Origin: Octopus vulgaris
Taxonomy: Eukaryota
NCBI GenBank assembly: GCA_951406725.2
Contig: OX597834.1
Coordinates: 23,870,001 to 23,934,000 of the forward strand
Direction: 5' to 3'
DNA: 64,000 nucleotides
The notes under the pieces are model-generated. The model saw only the letters and a program-made list of their open reading frames with translations. It did no database searches and was not told the origin of the DNA. Below, piece by piece: positions 38,679 to 52,282 of this stretch (position 1 is the stretch's first letter; each line of letters starts with the position of its first letter). The translations under genes were made by a program, and so were the position numbers.

Positions 38679-41559
38679 TATATGTATATATATGTGTGTG
38701 TGTTTGTGTGAATGTATATATATATGTGTGTGTGTGTGTTCATAACTAAATGTCTTATTCTATGTTGTTATTGTTTAGCTCTGATTCAGTAAGTCTCAGG
38801 CATTTCAGCTATGACAATCCTGTCTTTTTGCTAGGTATAGGATGCCCCACCCAGGAATTTATTACTGAATGTGTTCCTCTTCTCTAAGCAGGTGGTCTGA
38901 GGGGGATTTGACAGCTATTTCTAGCAGCAAGTCAAGCAACCATGCGGTTTGTTACCTCGTTGTTGATGCAATTTAAATAGTTTGGAGTAATTAATAATTA
39001 TGTTCTGAGTTGTGTCCCTCCTAATTAAATATTGCTCTTGGCAAGTCATGGCTGAGAACATTAAAGATTCATTATTAACAACAGCAATAATAATAATAAT
39101 AATAATAATAATAAGAGGCACAGAGCCACAAATTTTGGAGAGATGTTATCAGTTTTATACAAACCCCAGTAGTTGACTGGTATTTTATTTCATCAACCTT
39201 GGAAGGATGAAAGGCAAAGCTGATCTTGGCAGGATTTGAACTCAGAAAATGAATAAAAGTAATAAGAATATTTATCATATTACTTGATAATACTCCCTAA
39301 AAAGTTTTAGCTTGGTCCCTGATACTCCCTAAACAACATGTTTGTATTTCCTTAAGGTGTTACCTCTAAAGAGGACTTTTACTGCCTCACTCAAATTTTA
39401 CTTATCTTAAAAATTTTTATTCTTTAATGAGGGAATCTCACCAAAAATTAAGCATTTGATCTCCAAATGTATTTTTGTCTTTTAGAAACACTAAATTTAA
39501 TCAAAAATTAAAGTACAACAAGAAAATAACAAATGGAAAAAGAAGATACCCACTGTGATATGCTTTATAAAATGAAGACCTACTGTGGAAAGTGTTGGGA
39601 CAAGGAAGAAATCCACTGTAAAAAGTCTTATAAAAACTCACTATGAAAGGTATTGGGAAAAAATACCATGAAAAGTTCTAGAAAAATGTCTTACTGTGAG
39701 AAATTGTAAAATATATATCACTGCAAAAATATCGGAAATAAAAGCAAAAAAAAAAAAAAAATAGATTTGAGGGAACATGAAAAATAAAAATAGTACAAAA
39801 GATTCTGATTGTTTTAATGAAATATCATAAAACCCAAATTTAAGTTTTATTACAATGTTGTTTGAGAGTCAGTAAGATTTATGATGGTGGGAATAACATA
39901 CAGCAATTATTTTGTGAGTTGGAACAAAACAAAAACAGAATTCTGAGCCATTATCATATTTGCTTTTATTTATTCTTTTTCTTTCTTTTGCTTTTTTTTT
40001 CTTTCTATTTTAATTCTTCTTTTTATTTTTAGCAAGGGTTGAATTACTACTCCGGTAATTTTGATGGGGAGGTGGGGGTGTTTATATGAAGCTAATAAAT
40101 TAAACTGCTGTCTAATAAAGGAAGATATTCAGGTCTTGAAGAAATCTGGAGAAAAATCTTCCTTTCTTTGTTTTAATGTGAAATTTTGATTAAAAAAGAA
40201 ACAGGAAAATGGTGTTTTGTTTTTGTGTTTTTCACCTGTCAGGTGCCGAGATTGAGTTCTACTAAAAGAAAAGCCAAAAAAAAAAAATACACATCGAACA
40301 AAAACACATGCAGTCACCATTCCCACCACGCCTTCCATGTCCAAATGGTTCAAGGTTAGTTTCCTTTGAATCAGAAACGAACGACAAATCATTTTTAACC
40401 CTTGATTTTGATAATCACAGCGAACACTCGACCACAAGTTTAAGATGGAGGAGGAGGAGGAGGAGGAAATCACAAGCATTTACCTAGCTTCTACTGCTAA
40501 CGACTTTTGATTAACTAAATCTATCAGCCAAAGAGAAAATAAAAAAAAATTTTTAAATCAACCCTTCCCCCCCACCATCCTCCCAAATTTCTATGTTCTT
40601 TATATTTTCCCTCTGATCTTTACCATTTTCCAGACTGCATTAATATTACACACACACACATACACACATATGGAGAAAAGAAGTGTATTCCCAGGAATGA
40701 ATATAGGGAAAGTTGGTTTTGGAGGTTGAAAATGCACATGGGTCATAAAACAAGTTGTAGTTTTTTTTTAATAAATTTTGTAACAAATGTATTAAATTAC
40801 CAAACTGGTTTCAGAAATTTCTTGTTTTTCAATGGTAAATAAATAAAAGTTTAGGAGAGATTGAAGGTACAAAGGAAAATTCAGAAAAACATATTTAAAA
40901 AATCAAACATTCATACAAATTCCAATATTCAGTAAGTTTCAGAGATAGACAGTAATACATGTTTAAATTTTCAATGAATTTCATAAGACATATAAAATTG
41001 AAAATTCAGTAACATTGAGTTATGTTAACAATAAGATAGGATGAGGTTTTTAAAACAATAAAAATTAAAGATATTTCTGTCATAGTGCATGAAGGAGAAT
41101 TCTTTGTTACTAGTTCCCTGATGATAGTTTGAACTGTTTAAAGCTGAAATTGTTTGTAAATATAGATTTTTAAGGTATAGGTTCAAATTCTGATTGGTTA
41201 TAAATTTAATGATGTGACTTGCTTTTTCTGCCATTTTGGTTGGTTGGCTACCTGAATATGTCACTTGTCTTTGATCAGTGCTCTGGTTGGCTGATTTCCT
41301 TAAGAAGCCACTGGTCTCTGTTAATTGAATGTTTGTTTGTTTTTTCCTGAGGGTCCGGCTTTGGCTAGAAAACAATCTGTTTTAGCCTGAAGTGACAACA
41401 GCAACTGGTGTTTGAGTAAGTGCAAGGTGTAATTGTACAGTGGCTTGAAGTTAGGGTTTTGAATCCGTTACTTAAACTTTTAATTTATGTTTGTTGTTTC
41501 TAGTCATTTTTCAGGAATAAATTTAGTTTTCCCATTCTGATGTATTGTTATAGGGTATT

Positions 41560-42230
41560 CAGTTGTGGTTTATATTCTTTAAATATATTTTTCGTATTCA
41601 ATCAGAATTGGGCTGGTGATTCCAGTGCATTGACACACAGGGAAAATTTGATGTTTTAGACACGGAGCACAGATCTTATGGGAATTTTCCTAGTTGTGGG
41701 GTCCTGAATCTGTTGCCTGTGAACTGTCATTCTGTCCTTCAAAGTCAAGCTCATTTGACCTGTGTAATCCCCACCACACCTGCTGCATTTGGGTATATAA
41801 ATTAAGTTCCTCAGTGTACAGGTGAAAAGATTTTTATAAGTAATGTTTGCTCGGAATTGAATTGACACGGTGAGCCTTCCATAAAGTTGATGCGATTAAA
41901 GTGGTTACATTTTTTTTACTATTGGGGTTATATTTTGACAGGTAATTTGACTCTAGTGGGTAGCTTTTTTAGGGACTTAGGTTATGTTTTACTTTTAATA
42001 ATTTTATGTGCCTCAAGTTCTTTTTTCATTTGCAGGTTACTCACCAAATGGGTGTATATTCTGATGGCTGATATTGCATGCTTCCATGTTGGATTGTGTG
42101 TTGACACATAAGGTCAAGTGCTAAGTGTATCAAGGGTTTTCTTGTTTTTCATAATTCTTGGATGTCAATTGTTTCGCATGTTCAATTTTATTATTGATTA
42201 AATCGACAGGATATTTAAGCTCTCACCAGC
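41560..42230 (-). mobile_element. Penelope-like element GIY-YIG fragment
   Basis: NLIYIPKCSRCGGDYTGQ...LKDRMTVHRQQI. Confidence 0.75.
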
Positions 42231-42236
42231 AATACC

Positions 42237-42458
42237 TATTTCTTTACTGACCACAAGGGGCTAAACACAGAGGGGACAAACAAGGACAAATGGATTAAGT
42301 CGATTATATCGACCTCATTGCGTAACTGGTACTTATTTAATCGACCCCGAAAGGATGAAAGGCAAAGTCGACCTTGGCAGAATTTGAACTCAGAATGTAG
42401 CAGCAGACGAAATACCGCAAAGCATTTCGCCTGGCGTGCTAACGTTTCTGCCAGCTTG
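42237..42458 (-). mobile_element. SINE family C
   Basis: 11-bp TSD CCAGCAATACC. Confidence 0.9.
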
Positions 42459-45400
42459 CCAGCAATACCAGTAACAAAGAATCCTCTTTCATGCACTATG
42501 AAAGAAATCGTTAAAAAATCCTTTTTTGTTTCTTTCCTTTTTTTTTCCTGACTCTTTTAAAAACTTATAACTTGAGTTATATTGTTAATATAACTCAATG
42601 TTATTGAACTTTCGATCACATATGACTGTTATGAAATTCATTGAACATCTGAACCTGTATTACTGTTTTTCTCTGTGAAGCTTAATAAATATTTTACTTT
42701 CAATCTCTCCTAAACTTTTTTGTATTTGCCATTACAAAACAAAACAAAAATAAAATGTCGAATTTGTCACAAAATTTTAAAACTACAATTTCTTTTAAGA
42801 CTCAAATGTATTTTCAACCCACCAAACTATATATATCTACATGCATATACAAACACACATATTATACACATACATAATGCATGTAGCTAATGTTAATGCA
42901 GTTTTATACACACATACATACAAGACACATGATGCATGCGACAAATATTAATGCAATTACATTCAAGAAAACATGCACACATTTACATATGAAATAAATA
43001 TAAATTTTAATGTAGTCTGAACACATGGATTCATCTTTAGATTTAGACATGTAGCAACAGTCACACGTGTCGACATCCTATTTGTGGTCAGAGTAGATAC
43101 AATGACCAACAGAAAGCTGGAAACAAGATTTACTGAGGAAATATCAGTAGATTGTAACAATTGTGATTGTTGTTGATGATGCAATGGAAAAAAAAAATTT
43201 TAAAAAAGGGACACAAAAATAATGTCAATATAATATGAATGAACTAAAGTGACGGAACTCTCTGTCATGTGAAGGACTGGAGATTGGGGCAACAACTGCT
43301 TTTGTCTTTTAGCAGTGAATGTGTGTGTGTGTGTGAGAGAGAAAATATGTGTAGCATATTTTTTGGTTTTGTTACAAGCAAAATGATTAACATTTGAAGG
43401 AAAAGATGGTTAAAAATCAAATAAAGATATATTTGTTTTTTTTTTCAATATTCAAAGAAAAAAAAAGAAGAAAAAAAATCACAATTTTCATTCTTTTTTC
43501 TTGTTTTTTTCTCTTTAATCGCTGTTTTTTTAATTTAATGTATCAATAGAAACAAACCCTAAAACTAAAGAAAAAAGAAACAGTTCTTTTTGTGGCAGGT
43601 ATTTTTGTTATTTACTGTGTGGGGAGAAAGAGAAGTTGGGATGGGATCAACTGTTAATTTTTATTTCTCTATTTAAATTTTCGTCACCATCTCAACTTTA
43701 TTCAATTATTATTATTATTATTATCATTATTATCAACATTATCATCACCATCATATCACTTAAAAGTTAAAATCGGTTTGTATTTTGCTTTTTTCTTTAA
43801 AAAAATGTTTTTTTTAATATTTTTAATATCGTATCACATTGAGCTATTTCATGTCTCAAAAAAAGACGTTTTTTTTTTGTTAGATTTAGAAAAAAGAAAT
43901 CTCCAAACACATTTACTGTTGTTGTATTTAATATATTCTTTTCTCTCTCATCTTTGCTAAAAACAAAAACAAAAAACTCGCCAACAAGTTTTATAGGTTT
44001 AAAACAGACCAAAATAACATTTTCCTTCCTCATTGCAGTTCCATCCTAAAAATAAAAAAAAAATCACACCAGCCCCTTCATTTTATCTGTTATTGTTCTT
44101 TTTAACATCTCAATTATTTCTTTCTAATTATCTCTCATTCATGCAATAAACTTTCTCTTTTTATCTATTTTTAAAATTATTTTTTGAAATTAACATTTTT
44201 AACATTTTTACCTCAATTTTAAAAAAATAGTTAAAAAAAAGCAAAAAAAGTGATATTTCTGTCTGTGTGTCTGTGTGTGTCTCTCTTCTCCCCCAAATAA
44301 TTTCAACACAGGTTTGCGTGAGATCTTAAATAAATATATTTCTTTTTTAATGGGGATTTTTGTTTTGAGAAAGTGAGTGGTTGATGGGTGAATGATTTTT
44401 GTTTGTTATCCCATATGATATTCATCATCACATACATATCACACATCATATCATATTCATCACCATACACACACACACACACACACATTCATCATCCTTG
44501 CTTTTCCAAGATGGCATGGACTGTACAAAACTTGCCACTGTTGGTGCCATTCCACACTTGTTTCAAGTCAGCTACTTTATTCCATTGGGATCGCCACACT
44601 TGGAATCACAGCAGTGGCAGAACAGAAACACTGCCCCAGTGGTGAATTGGAAAAGACAAGTGAAAACAAACACACACACATGCAAACAAGCATACACAGA
44701 TATGACCAGCTCCGGTAAAGTCTCAAAATTTCACTCAATGAAACTGTAGGAAAAGACATTTGCCATGCAGTGGGATTGAACCAGAAACCACATGGTCTCA
44801 AACTTCTGAAGCCTGCAGCGTTGCGTGCACCTAGTAAATATGCTAGAGTTATTATCAATGTGATGTGGTTTGAGATCAAAGAAAAGGAATGGCACAAGGG
44901 GGAAATGTCAGAGGGAGTAACACAAACAACTTTTAAAGATTTATAACAACAAGCAAATAGAAAAAGAAAATCTGTTCAATTAAGAAGAGAGGTTGATGCA
45001 GGGGAATGGTTCGGATGATGGGTTGTGGAGTTGGAATGAAAGGATGGAATGAAGATGTAACATGTTAAGTTCCAGTGTTTTAGGTTGGAATTTATTTCAA
45101 CCTAATTAAAACAGTAAGTCAGAGAAATGGAGTAAAAATGTTGCTGTTATTGTATAACCACGGGCAGGTCAGTCCCGATTGAGTATATCTATGATCAAAA
45201 CCGTTCCATTTAAAGTTTCATAAACTTTGTCTAATGTTTATGCTTATTTAAGACAATTGGGTAAAAGGTAGGGTTTAAGGAAGGTACTTGACTACTTGTT
45301 TCTAGCATGTCAACAGGCCACACAAAGATTTCCCCCAATCTGAAGATGAAGGTGAATAGTAGTAGTAGTGATGAAGAGGAGGTAAAAAAAGGAATAAAAA

Positions 45401-46488
45401 AAAAACACAAGAAATTTTGTTGCTTTTAGATTTCTTTCAGGTGAAGGGTTAGGGTTAGAAACTTCCAAAGAATATATATTGCACGTCTTTTTGGTAAACT
45501 ATGGCAGCAAAGAGTCAGAACAGTCTCAAAGAATTCTTTTAGACATATAAAATCAGGGTAGCAGACACGAAGAATTTCTTCTTTCTTCAGTTCTTCATTC
45601 ACAATATTTGTGAAAATGTTGGCTTTAAATAGAAAATCTCTTCTACACTCTTTCTTCTTTGCTTTCTGTCATTCTATTTTCCTTCATTCATTCTTTCTTT
45701 CTTTATTTTCTTTATTCTTTTGTTCACTTTTACTTAGTTCTCTTCCTAAGTTTCTTTCCTTTGAAATTGGGAGAATTCCATTTTTAACAAATTTTTCACA
45801 ATTCTTTTAAAAGTTTTGTTGTTTTATTCAAGAAATGTATGGTGTGGTATTGAGAGTACAGTAGTGTGGGTGTGTGGGTGTGTGTGTGTGTGTGTGTGTG
45901 GTGGGGGTGATGGTGATGACAATGATAATGCTGGTGCTAACATCACTCCTGGAGAATTATATTGACGAAAGAGAATACTGTTTGGATTTTTTTGTTTGTT
46001 GGCTTGTATGCTTAAAGTGGCTATATGTGTGTTTATATATATATTTATACACATACACACATATACATATATGTATATAGACACACACACACACATGCAT
46101 ATATGGACATATATGTGAGTGTATGTGTATAACACTTAAATTACTATAATTCCTTATTATTGTCAATATCATCATTATTATCATCATCATCATGATTAAA
46201 TTGTTACGAGCAAGCTTTTAAAGCTATTGGTATTGCAGATGGCAATGTAAAAGTCAAAGAGAGATATGAAAGCTCTGTCATAGGTAGGGTCGAACTGAAT
46301 GCTGGCTGAATAGTGGCTGGGCTTTTAGTTGTCTCCAGTCTTTGTGTTAGTTGTTGTTGTTATTATTATTATTACTATAATTATTACTGTTGTTGTTTAA
46401 AATGATTGTTTTGTTTTGTTTTGATTTGGAAGTGCCATCAGAAAGGGAACCCACATTAAGCCTGTGCTAGTCACCCACTGGACATCTG

Positions 46489-46521
46489 CTACGTTTCCTC
46501 TTCAGAGCAGTAATCTTTGCC
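46489..46521 (-). CDS. C1orf21: C1orf21/DUF4612-family protein, coding exon 5 (GKDYCSEEET*)
   Basis: Acceptor tttctatttctgtttcag; matches the family C-terminus G(R/K)DYCSEEE; phase 0. Confidence 0.85.
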   Translation of the reverse strand, partial: GKDYCSEEET

Positions 46522-47160
46522 CTGAAACAGAAATAGAAAAATATCAAAATATATATACATATATATAATGTGTGCGTGTATGCATGCACGCATGCACACA
46601 CACACATTCATTCACTTACTACCATATATTTTTCCATGCATGAATACATATGCAGACATAGAATGTTGGGAAAACATTATATTTTACAGCCAGATGCTCT
46701 TCCTGACCAGTTTTTTCAAGTAAGGGATCACTTAATCCTATATAATCCAACAAGTGCTGTCAATATCTTTCTCCCCATAAGCCCGTATTTTAAAATGTGA
46801 TTTAAAAGAAAAAAATTTTTGTTTAATTTTGAAAAATCAAAAAAAAAACTTTTTTTGTATAGTTGTATGAATTCCCATGTGTAGAACACAAATTCCCAAA
46901 TATTTTCTGAAAATTCCAAAATATAAAAAAATTTGAAGGAGTTATATGCCGTGCATAAAGCAGAATTCTGCCATAATTTTTTTAGCATTTCAGAATAAAA
47001 TACATCATTGTCATTTAACATTCGTGTTCCATGCTGGTATGGGTTGGACTGTTTGAAATGATTGAGCAATCTATGGGAGCAGCATCAATCTCTAATGTTA
47101 AGTTACAAGACAGAAAAAGGATGGAGTAAATGGAAAAGGAAACATTTTCTGCTAGACATA

Positions 47161-47316
47161 GGAGTGGCTGTGTGGTAAGTAGCTTGCTTGCGAACCACAT
47201 GGTTCCGGGTTCAGTCCCACTGTGTGACACCTTGGGCAAGTGTCTTCTACTATAGCCTCGGGCCAACCAAAGCCTTGTGAGTGGATTTAGTTGACGGAAA
47301 CTGAAAGAAGCCCGTC

Positions 47317-47350
<34 letters not shown>

Positions 47351-47570
47351 GTGAGTGTGTGTGTATTTGTCTCCCCAACATTGCTTGACAACTGATGCTG
47401 GTGGGTTTAGGTCCCCGTGACTTAGTGGTTCGGCAAAAGATTCCGATAGAATAAGTACTAGGCTTCCAAAGAATAAGTCCTGGGTCGATTTGCTCGACTA
47501 AAGGCGGTGCTCCAGTATGGCCACAGTCAGATGACTGAATCAAGTAAAAGAGTAAAGGAGAGTAAAGAGT
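47161..47570 (+). mobile_element. SINE family B, full length
   Basis: As 9687-10068; tail (GTAAAAGA)n. Confidence 0.85.
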
Positions 47571-47821
47571 ACTAAGGGCATGTATGGGGACCATTTTAGA
47601 GGGGAATGTGGTTTTATACCGAGTGTTCAAAGGCTAAAGAATGAGAGAGGGGCATATGTGATAGGTGGGAATAAGTAGGAAGGATAAAGACGGTAGAGAT
47701 GGGGGTGCCAGAACAAATTAAGTCAAAGCTGAAATAACTAAAATAAAATTCTTTTAAGTCAAAATGTTATTTATTTTAAACTAAGAAATTCTGATAAAAT
47801 AAATTTTTTAAATAATTCTAT

Positions 47822-47987
47822 TGCAGCGTGGAAGGTGTTTGTAAGCCATTTAAGAAACACACAAAAGCCGTTCGATTCACTTCAACATTTAAGTTTAATT
47901 TGTCAAAATATTTTCGTCGCTTTAAGACCGCGACCTGTTCACTGACAAAAATCCGTGCTGCATCTTTTGCTATGCAAGTACATCTCC
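47822..47987 (-). mobile_element. 166-bp non-coding element carrying a G3-C8 hammerhead variant
   Basis: 14-bp TSD TTAAATAATTCTAT (47808-47821, 47988-48001); hammerhead fold at 47899-47949. Confidence 0.7.
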
Positions 47988-48329
47988 TTAAATAATTCTA
48001 TAAAAACAAAATTAAAATAATTATTTTGTCTGGCCCAAAGAAGACTCTATTATCAAAAGGGTTTCTTAGATTACATCATTAAACGTATATTTTAGATGTC
48101 ACATTACAACCTGGCTGATGGAGCGAGCGCGGTGAAATTTATTGGCAGAAAACAAAAATGTTCTATCAGAGGGAGGTAATTCTTGTAACCCTGTTGATAA
48201 GGGAGACAACCTGAGATAACATAAAGAGCGGTCTTAAGCTTTTTATGACTAAGGATAGGATAAATTGTGACAGCTAAATTATATTTAATTTTCAGTGAAG
48301 TATATCCGCAGCTAGCAGGCTTATGCTAC

Positions 48330-48376
48330 TCTAGACAGATGATGGGCAAAGACCCTGAAACATGCGTGTCTCTAGA
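48330..48376 (+). ncRNA. Type-I hammerhead-like motif, U4A
   Basis: TCTAGA-CAGATGA-T GGG(CAAAGA)CCC T-GAAA-CATGCGTG-TC-TCTAGA; GUC triplet. Confidence 0.6.
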
Positions 48377-48732
48377 TGCAGGCCTAGCTGTTGGGGGTGT
48401 TTGTCTCCCCTTCGTAAATATATAAGGACACAGTAAGTGTGTCGAAGCCGACAGGAAGCGTCGATGCTTCCTAGGGCTAAACAGCGGTAGTGTAATCCCC
48501 TACTGTCGCGTTAAATTGACAGTATACAACCATTATAAATTATATTAGTTTCTCTATATGGACCTTAGAGACGGACTTTGAAACATTTCAACAGTAAGTT
48601 TGCTCTTTTTTTTTACCTCCACTAGATTGATTCTATATCTAACATAGCAATGTATTATTATACACATACGTCTAAGCTGTTTCTTGCAGACCGAGCGTGG
48701 TCGCTTAATATTTACAATATTACCCAGGGAAG

Positions 48733-49000
48733 AGGACTTCGGAAAATTCACAAGATCCGAGTTTTTCCCTCATAACTTTTAGGAAAATGGGTTCTGCTTG
48801 AGGAAATCTTATATAAATACATTTCAAACGGCATGCATTACGGTTATAAAGAAATTTATGAGTAAAATCTTTTCCGAGGGAGTGAGGAGAGGAATTCGAA
48901 AATTCACAAGATCCGAGGTTTTCGCCCATAACTTTGAGGAAAATATATATCTTTTAATGAAGTTGTATATAAATACCTTTCAAATGACATGCATTACGGA
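48733..49000. repeat. Two diverged ~157-bp-period repeats
   Basis: GAAAATTCACAAGATCCGAG..CATAACTTT.AGGAAAAT...CATGCATTACGG occurs twice. Confidence 0.75.
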
Positions 49001-49049
49001 TTCCTAATGTACCCTAAACCTCTTATTTTTGTTCGGGAAAAAAAAAGAA

Positions 49050-50725
49050 GACTTACAGAAAATCGCTGAGAGGGTATACCCTGAATCTCAGTGTGGTTTC
49101 AGATCAGAATGCTCCACCATCGTCAGGAGAAATGCTGAGAGCAAAGGCACAAAGGCTTTGGACCTAGTCAGTAGAGACGGCCAGTTCAAAATCCTTGCCA
49201 AGATTGGCTGTCCTCCAAGACTCCTCAAGATTGTCCAATCATTTCACACGGATATGAAAGGCGTCATTCAATATGATGGCTCTTCTTTGGAGACGTTCAA
49301 CATATGTAGAGGCCTGAAGCAGGGCCGTGTGCTTGTCCCCAGCCTGTTTGGCATCTTCTTTGCAGTCATGCTGAAACATGCATTTGGGACGTTGACTGAT
49401 GGTGTTTACCTTCATACCAAATCAGACAGTAAGTTGTTTAGTCTGATGAGAGTGAAAGCAAAATCCAGAGTGTGCCAGGTACTCATCAGAGAAATGCTGT
49501 TTGCGGATGATGCAAGCACTGACAGTGCACTCTGGGGAGCAAATGCAGCAGCTTGTGGATAAACTTTCAAAATCCTGTCAGGAATTCAGCCTGACTATCT
49601 GTATGAAGAAGACCAAAGTACTGGCCCAAGGTGCCAAGCACCCCCCCTCCACCATGACCATCACCAACTACAAGCTAGAGTAGTGCATGAATACAACTAC
49701 CTCAGCTGTACCATCGCTGACGACCTCTCCCTGGACCCTGAAATCAACAGGTGAATTAGAAAAACATCCTTCACATTTGCCAGGCTCACAAAGAGAATCT
49801 GGGAAAACAGAAAACTGGCTGTAAACACCAAGATTGCTGTCTATAAGGCATGCATCCTTAGTATGCGACTTTATGGCAGTGAGACGTGGCGCCTCTGCTC
49901 CAGACAGGAGCAGTATCTCAACGTCTACCACCTTTGTAATTTGAGATGTATCTTGGATATCACGTAGATCGACCACATACCAACACTGAAGTCCTCAACT
50001 GCACCAAGATAGCTAACATACTCACCCTGCTCCAGCAGCATTGGCTCAGTCTTACACAGTGCATGCTGGATGGGAAGATCCCAAAAGATCTCCTGTATGG
50101 GGTATTAGCTACCAGCACAAGAGCATGATGTTGACCTCATCTTCACTTCAAGGATGTCTGTAAGAGGGATATGAAATTGCTTGATCTGAACCTCCTGAGA
50201 TGGGAGGAGGTTGCAAATGATCACCTACACTGGAGACAAATACTGTGAAGGGGGATGAAGTGAACAGAAGGAAAACAGGAACTTGCCACCAAAGAAAAGC
50301 GCACTTGAAAGAAGGAAAAACCAGTAGTGCTGGTAGAGGCGGCGAGCTGGCAGAAACGTTAGCACACCAGGCGAAATGCTTAGCGGTATTTCGTCTGCCG
50401 TTATGTTCTGAGTTCAAATTCCGCCGAGGTCAACTTTGCCTTTCATCCTTTCGGGGTTGATTAAATAAGTACCAGTTACGCACTGGGGTCGATATAATCG
50501 ACTTAATTCGTTTGTCTGTCCTTGTTTGTTCCATCTGTGTTTAGCCCCTTGTGGGTAGTCAAGAAATAGCTAGAGAGCTCCTTCCAGTGCAGTTGCTGTA
50601 TGTGTGACGGTCACTCCTGTGTGGGCCTATATAGCCACAATAGATGCTGCATCGCTATCAGCAGCTGACACAGTTTCTTCAGGTGCAGATCCATTGTCTC
50701 TTGAGACTGACGGATGCCTACAAGA
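49050..50725 (+). mobile_element. RTE/BovB-like LINE, 5'-truncated, with a SINE C insertion at 50338-50568
   Basis: PESQCGFR, GLKQG, MLFADDA, IPKDLLYG; 3' end GAGACTGACGGATGCCTAC. Confidence 0.9.
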
Positions 50726-51447
50726 GAGGGGGATTAAGATTTATGAGGTTCAGCTAAATGGGAAAAAATACCAAACTGTGCTTGGAACTCAGTTTACCAG
50801 GGAGGTAGCTCAAACTCATGGTCTAGAACCAAACCTTGAGCAAGTGTATTCCATGATAGCTTTGGTCTATGATAGAAGTAATTAGAGAGAAGACACATGA
50901 AAGGGAGAAGGAGAGGACAAATGTAAATATGCTTCTATGTTGAGTACCCTTTCTTGCTGTTGCTAAATAATATACATGTTGGTTGGCATCCTTTCTGTCT
51001 CGGGAGACAATGGAGTTGCGCACAAAGTAGTCTAGTCCGGCTTTTATATTTCATGTTCTGATACATTTCCAGCTGTGGCTGTGTAGTCCTATCCTGGACA
51101 AACACTCCCTCTGGCAGGTACCGCAAATGTAGCAAAGACTGTTCCTGGCTGGTTGTAGTGCCATAGTCTCTTGTTGACGTCTCTTCCTTTCTTTCCATTT
51201 CTCCTCTCTCTCTCTGTCACTCCTTTGTATTCCCTCTTTTACGGTACGTCGCCATTCTCCACATGTATTATTTTAGTTTGTGTATAAAACATACACATAT
51301 ACAATATATTATATATAGTTTGTATGTGTGTGTGTATACACACACTTATAGGGGCTGAACAACAATATTCACTAACTCAACCCCACTAATTCAATATTAA
51401 AACAAAATTATAATAGAAAGCAGACAAAAAAACCTAGATCAACTCAC

Positions 51448-51502
51448 CTGAGCAATTTTTTCATCTAACATTCTAAAAAATTCCAACTGACTACGTGTAA
51501 TC
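51448..51502 (-). CDS. C1orf21: C1orf21-family coding exon 4 (ITRSQLEFFRMLDEKIAQ)
   Basis: tttcag acceptor and GTGAGT donor; signature SQxEFFRMLDEKI; phases 2/0 fit the neighbouring exons. Confidence 0.9.
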
Positions 51503-52282
51503 CTGAAATATAATCAAAATATTATTGGTTCATGGTTAACTGGACAATAGATTGGAATTATTTAACAGGAAATGGCTTAAAAGTGCTGGAGAATATACAT
51601 CATCTTTCTATCTTCTACACACCTCCTATAGACTCTCCCTTCTATGTGACTCCTACAATCACCCCCTACCTTCTACATGACTCATATAGACTCACTTTTC
51701 CCCAATATTCAACTCTTAAGCTCTTCCTCTCCCGTGATTCCTAAAGACTCTGCTTCTACCTCCTATGTGACTTAGGTTGACCATGTGTATAAATGGCCCA
51801 TATCGAATTTGAACACAACATTGGAGATTTAGGTGTATTTACACTGTTTGACTACAGCAAGAAATTGGCTTATTTACAAATCTGAACGTGCCACTGGCAT
51901 ATTTGATCTGGTAATAACATTGGATTTATACATATCACTGCTTAGTGATCCCACCCCATAATTTGTTTACCGTGAGCTACCGATTAGTGCTACAAACCAA
52001 TGTACAATGACTGGAATAGCATAAGAGAAATTGTCCCTCTTAACCGCTCACAGTGCCACCATATGGTTTCTGTGACTGAAGAGGAGATAACCACTTCAAA
52101 ATGCTTGCATCTCACAATCTTGATAGGTGGTGTTGTGAGCTGATGTAGGGGTATTTACACGATTTGTCTACAGCGAGAAATTTTCTTCATGGCAAAAACA
52201 CAGTGAAAGGCTTATTTAAAAGTTAGCATGTGCCACTAGCATATTCAAACTGGTAATAACATTACAACATTCGGAGAATATC

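Noticed and set aside
41110-41160. CTGATGA-stem-GAAA hammerhead candidate
   Set aside because: Stem II is plausible, but stems I and III cannot be formed
50823-51198. Short minus-strand ORFs
   Set aside because: No assignable domain and not needed for the spliced gene model
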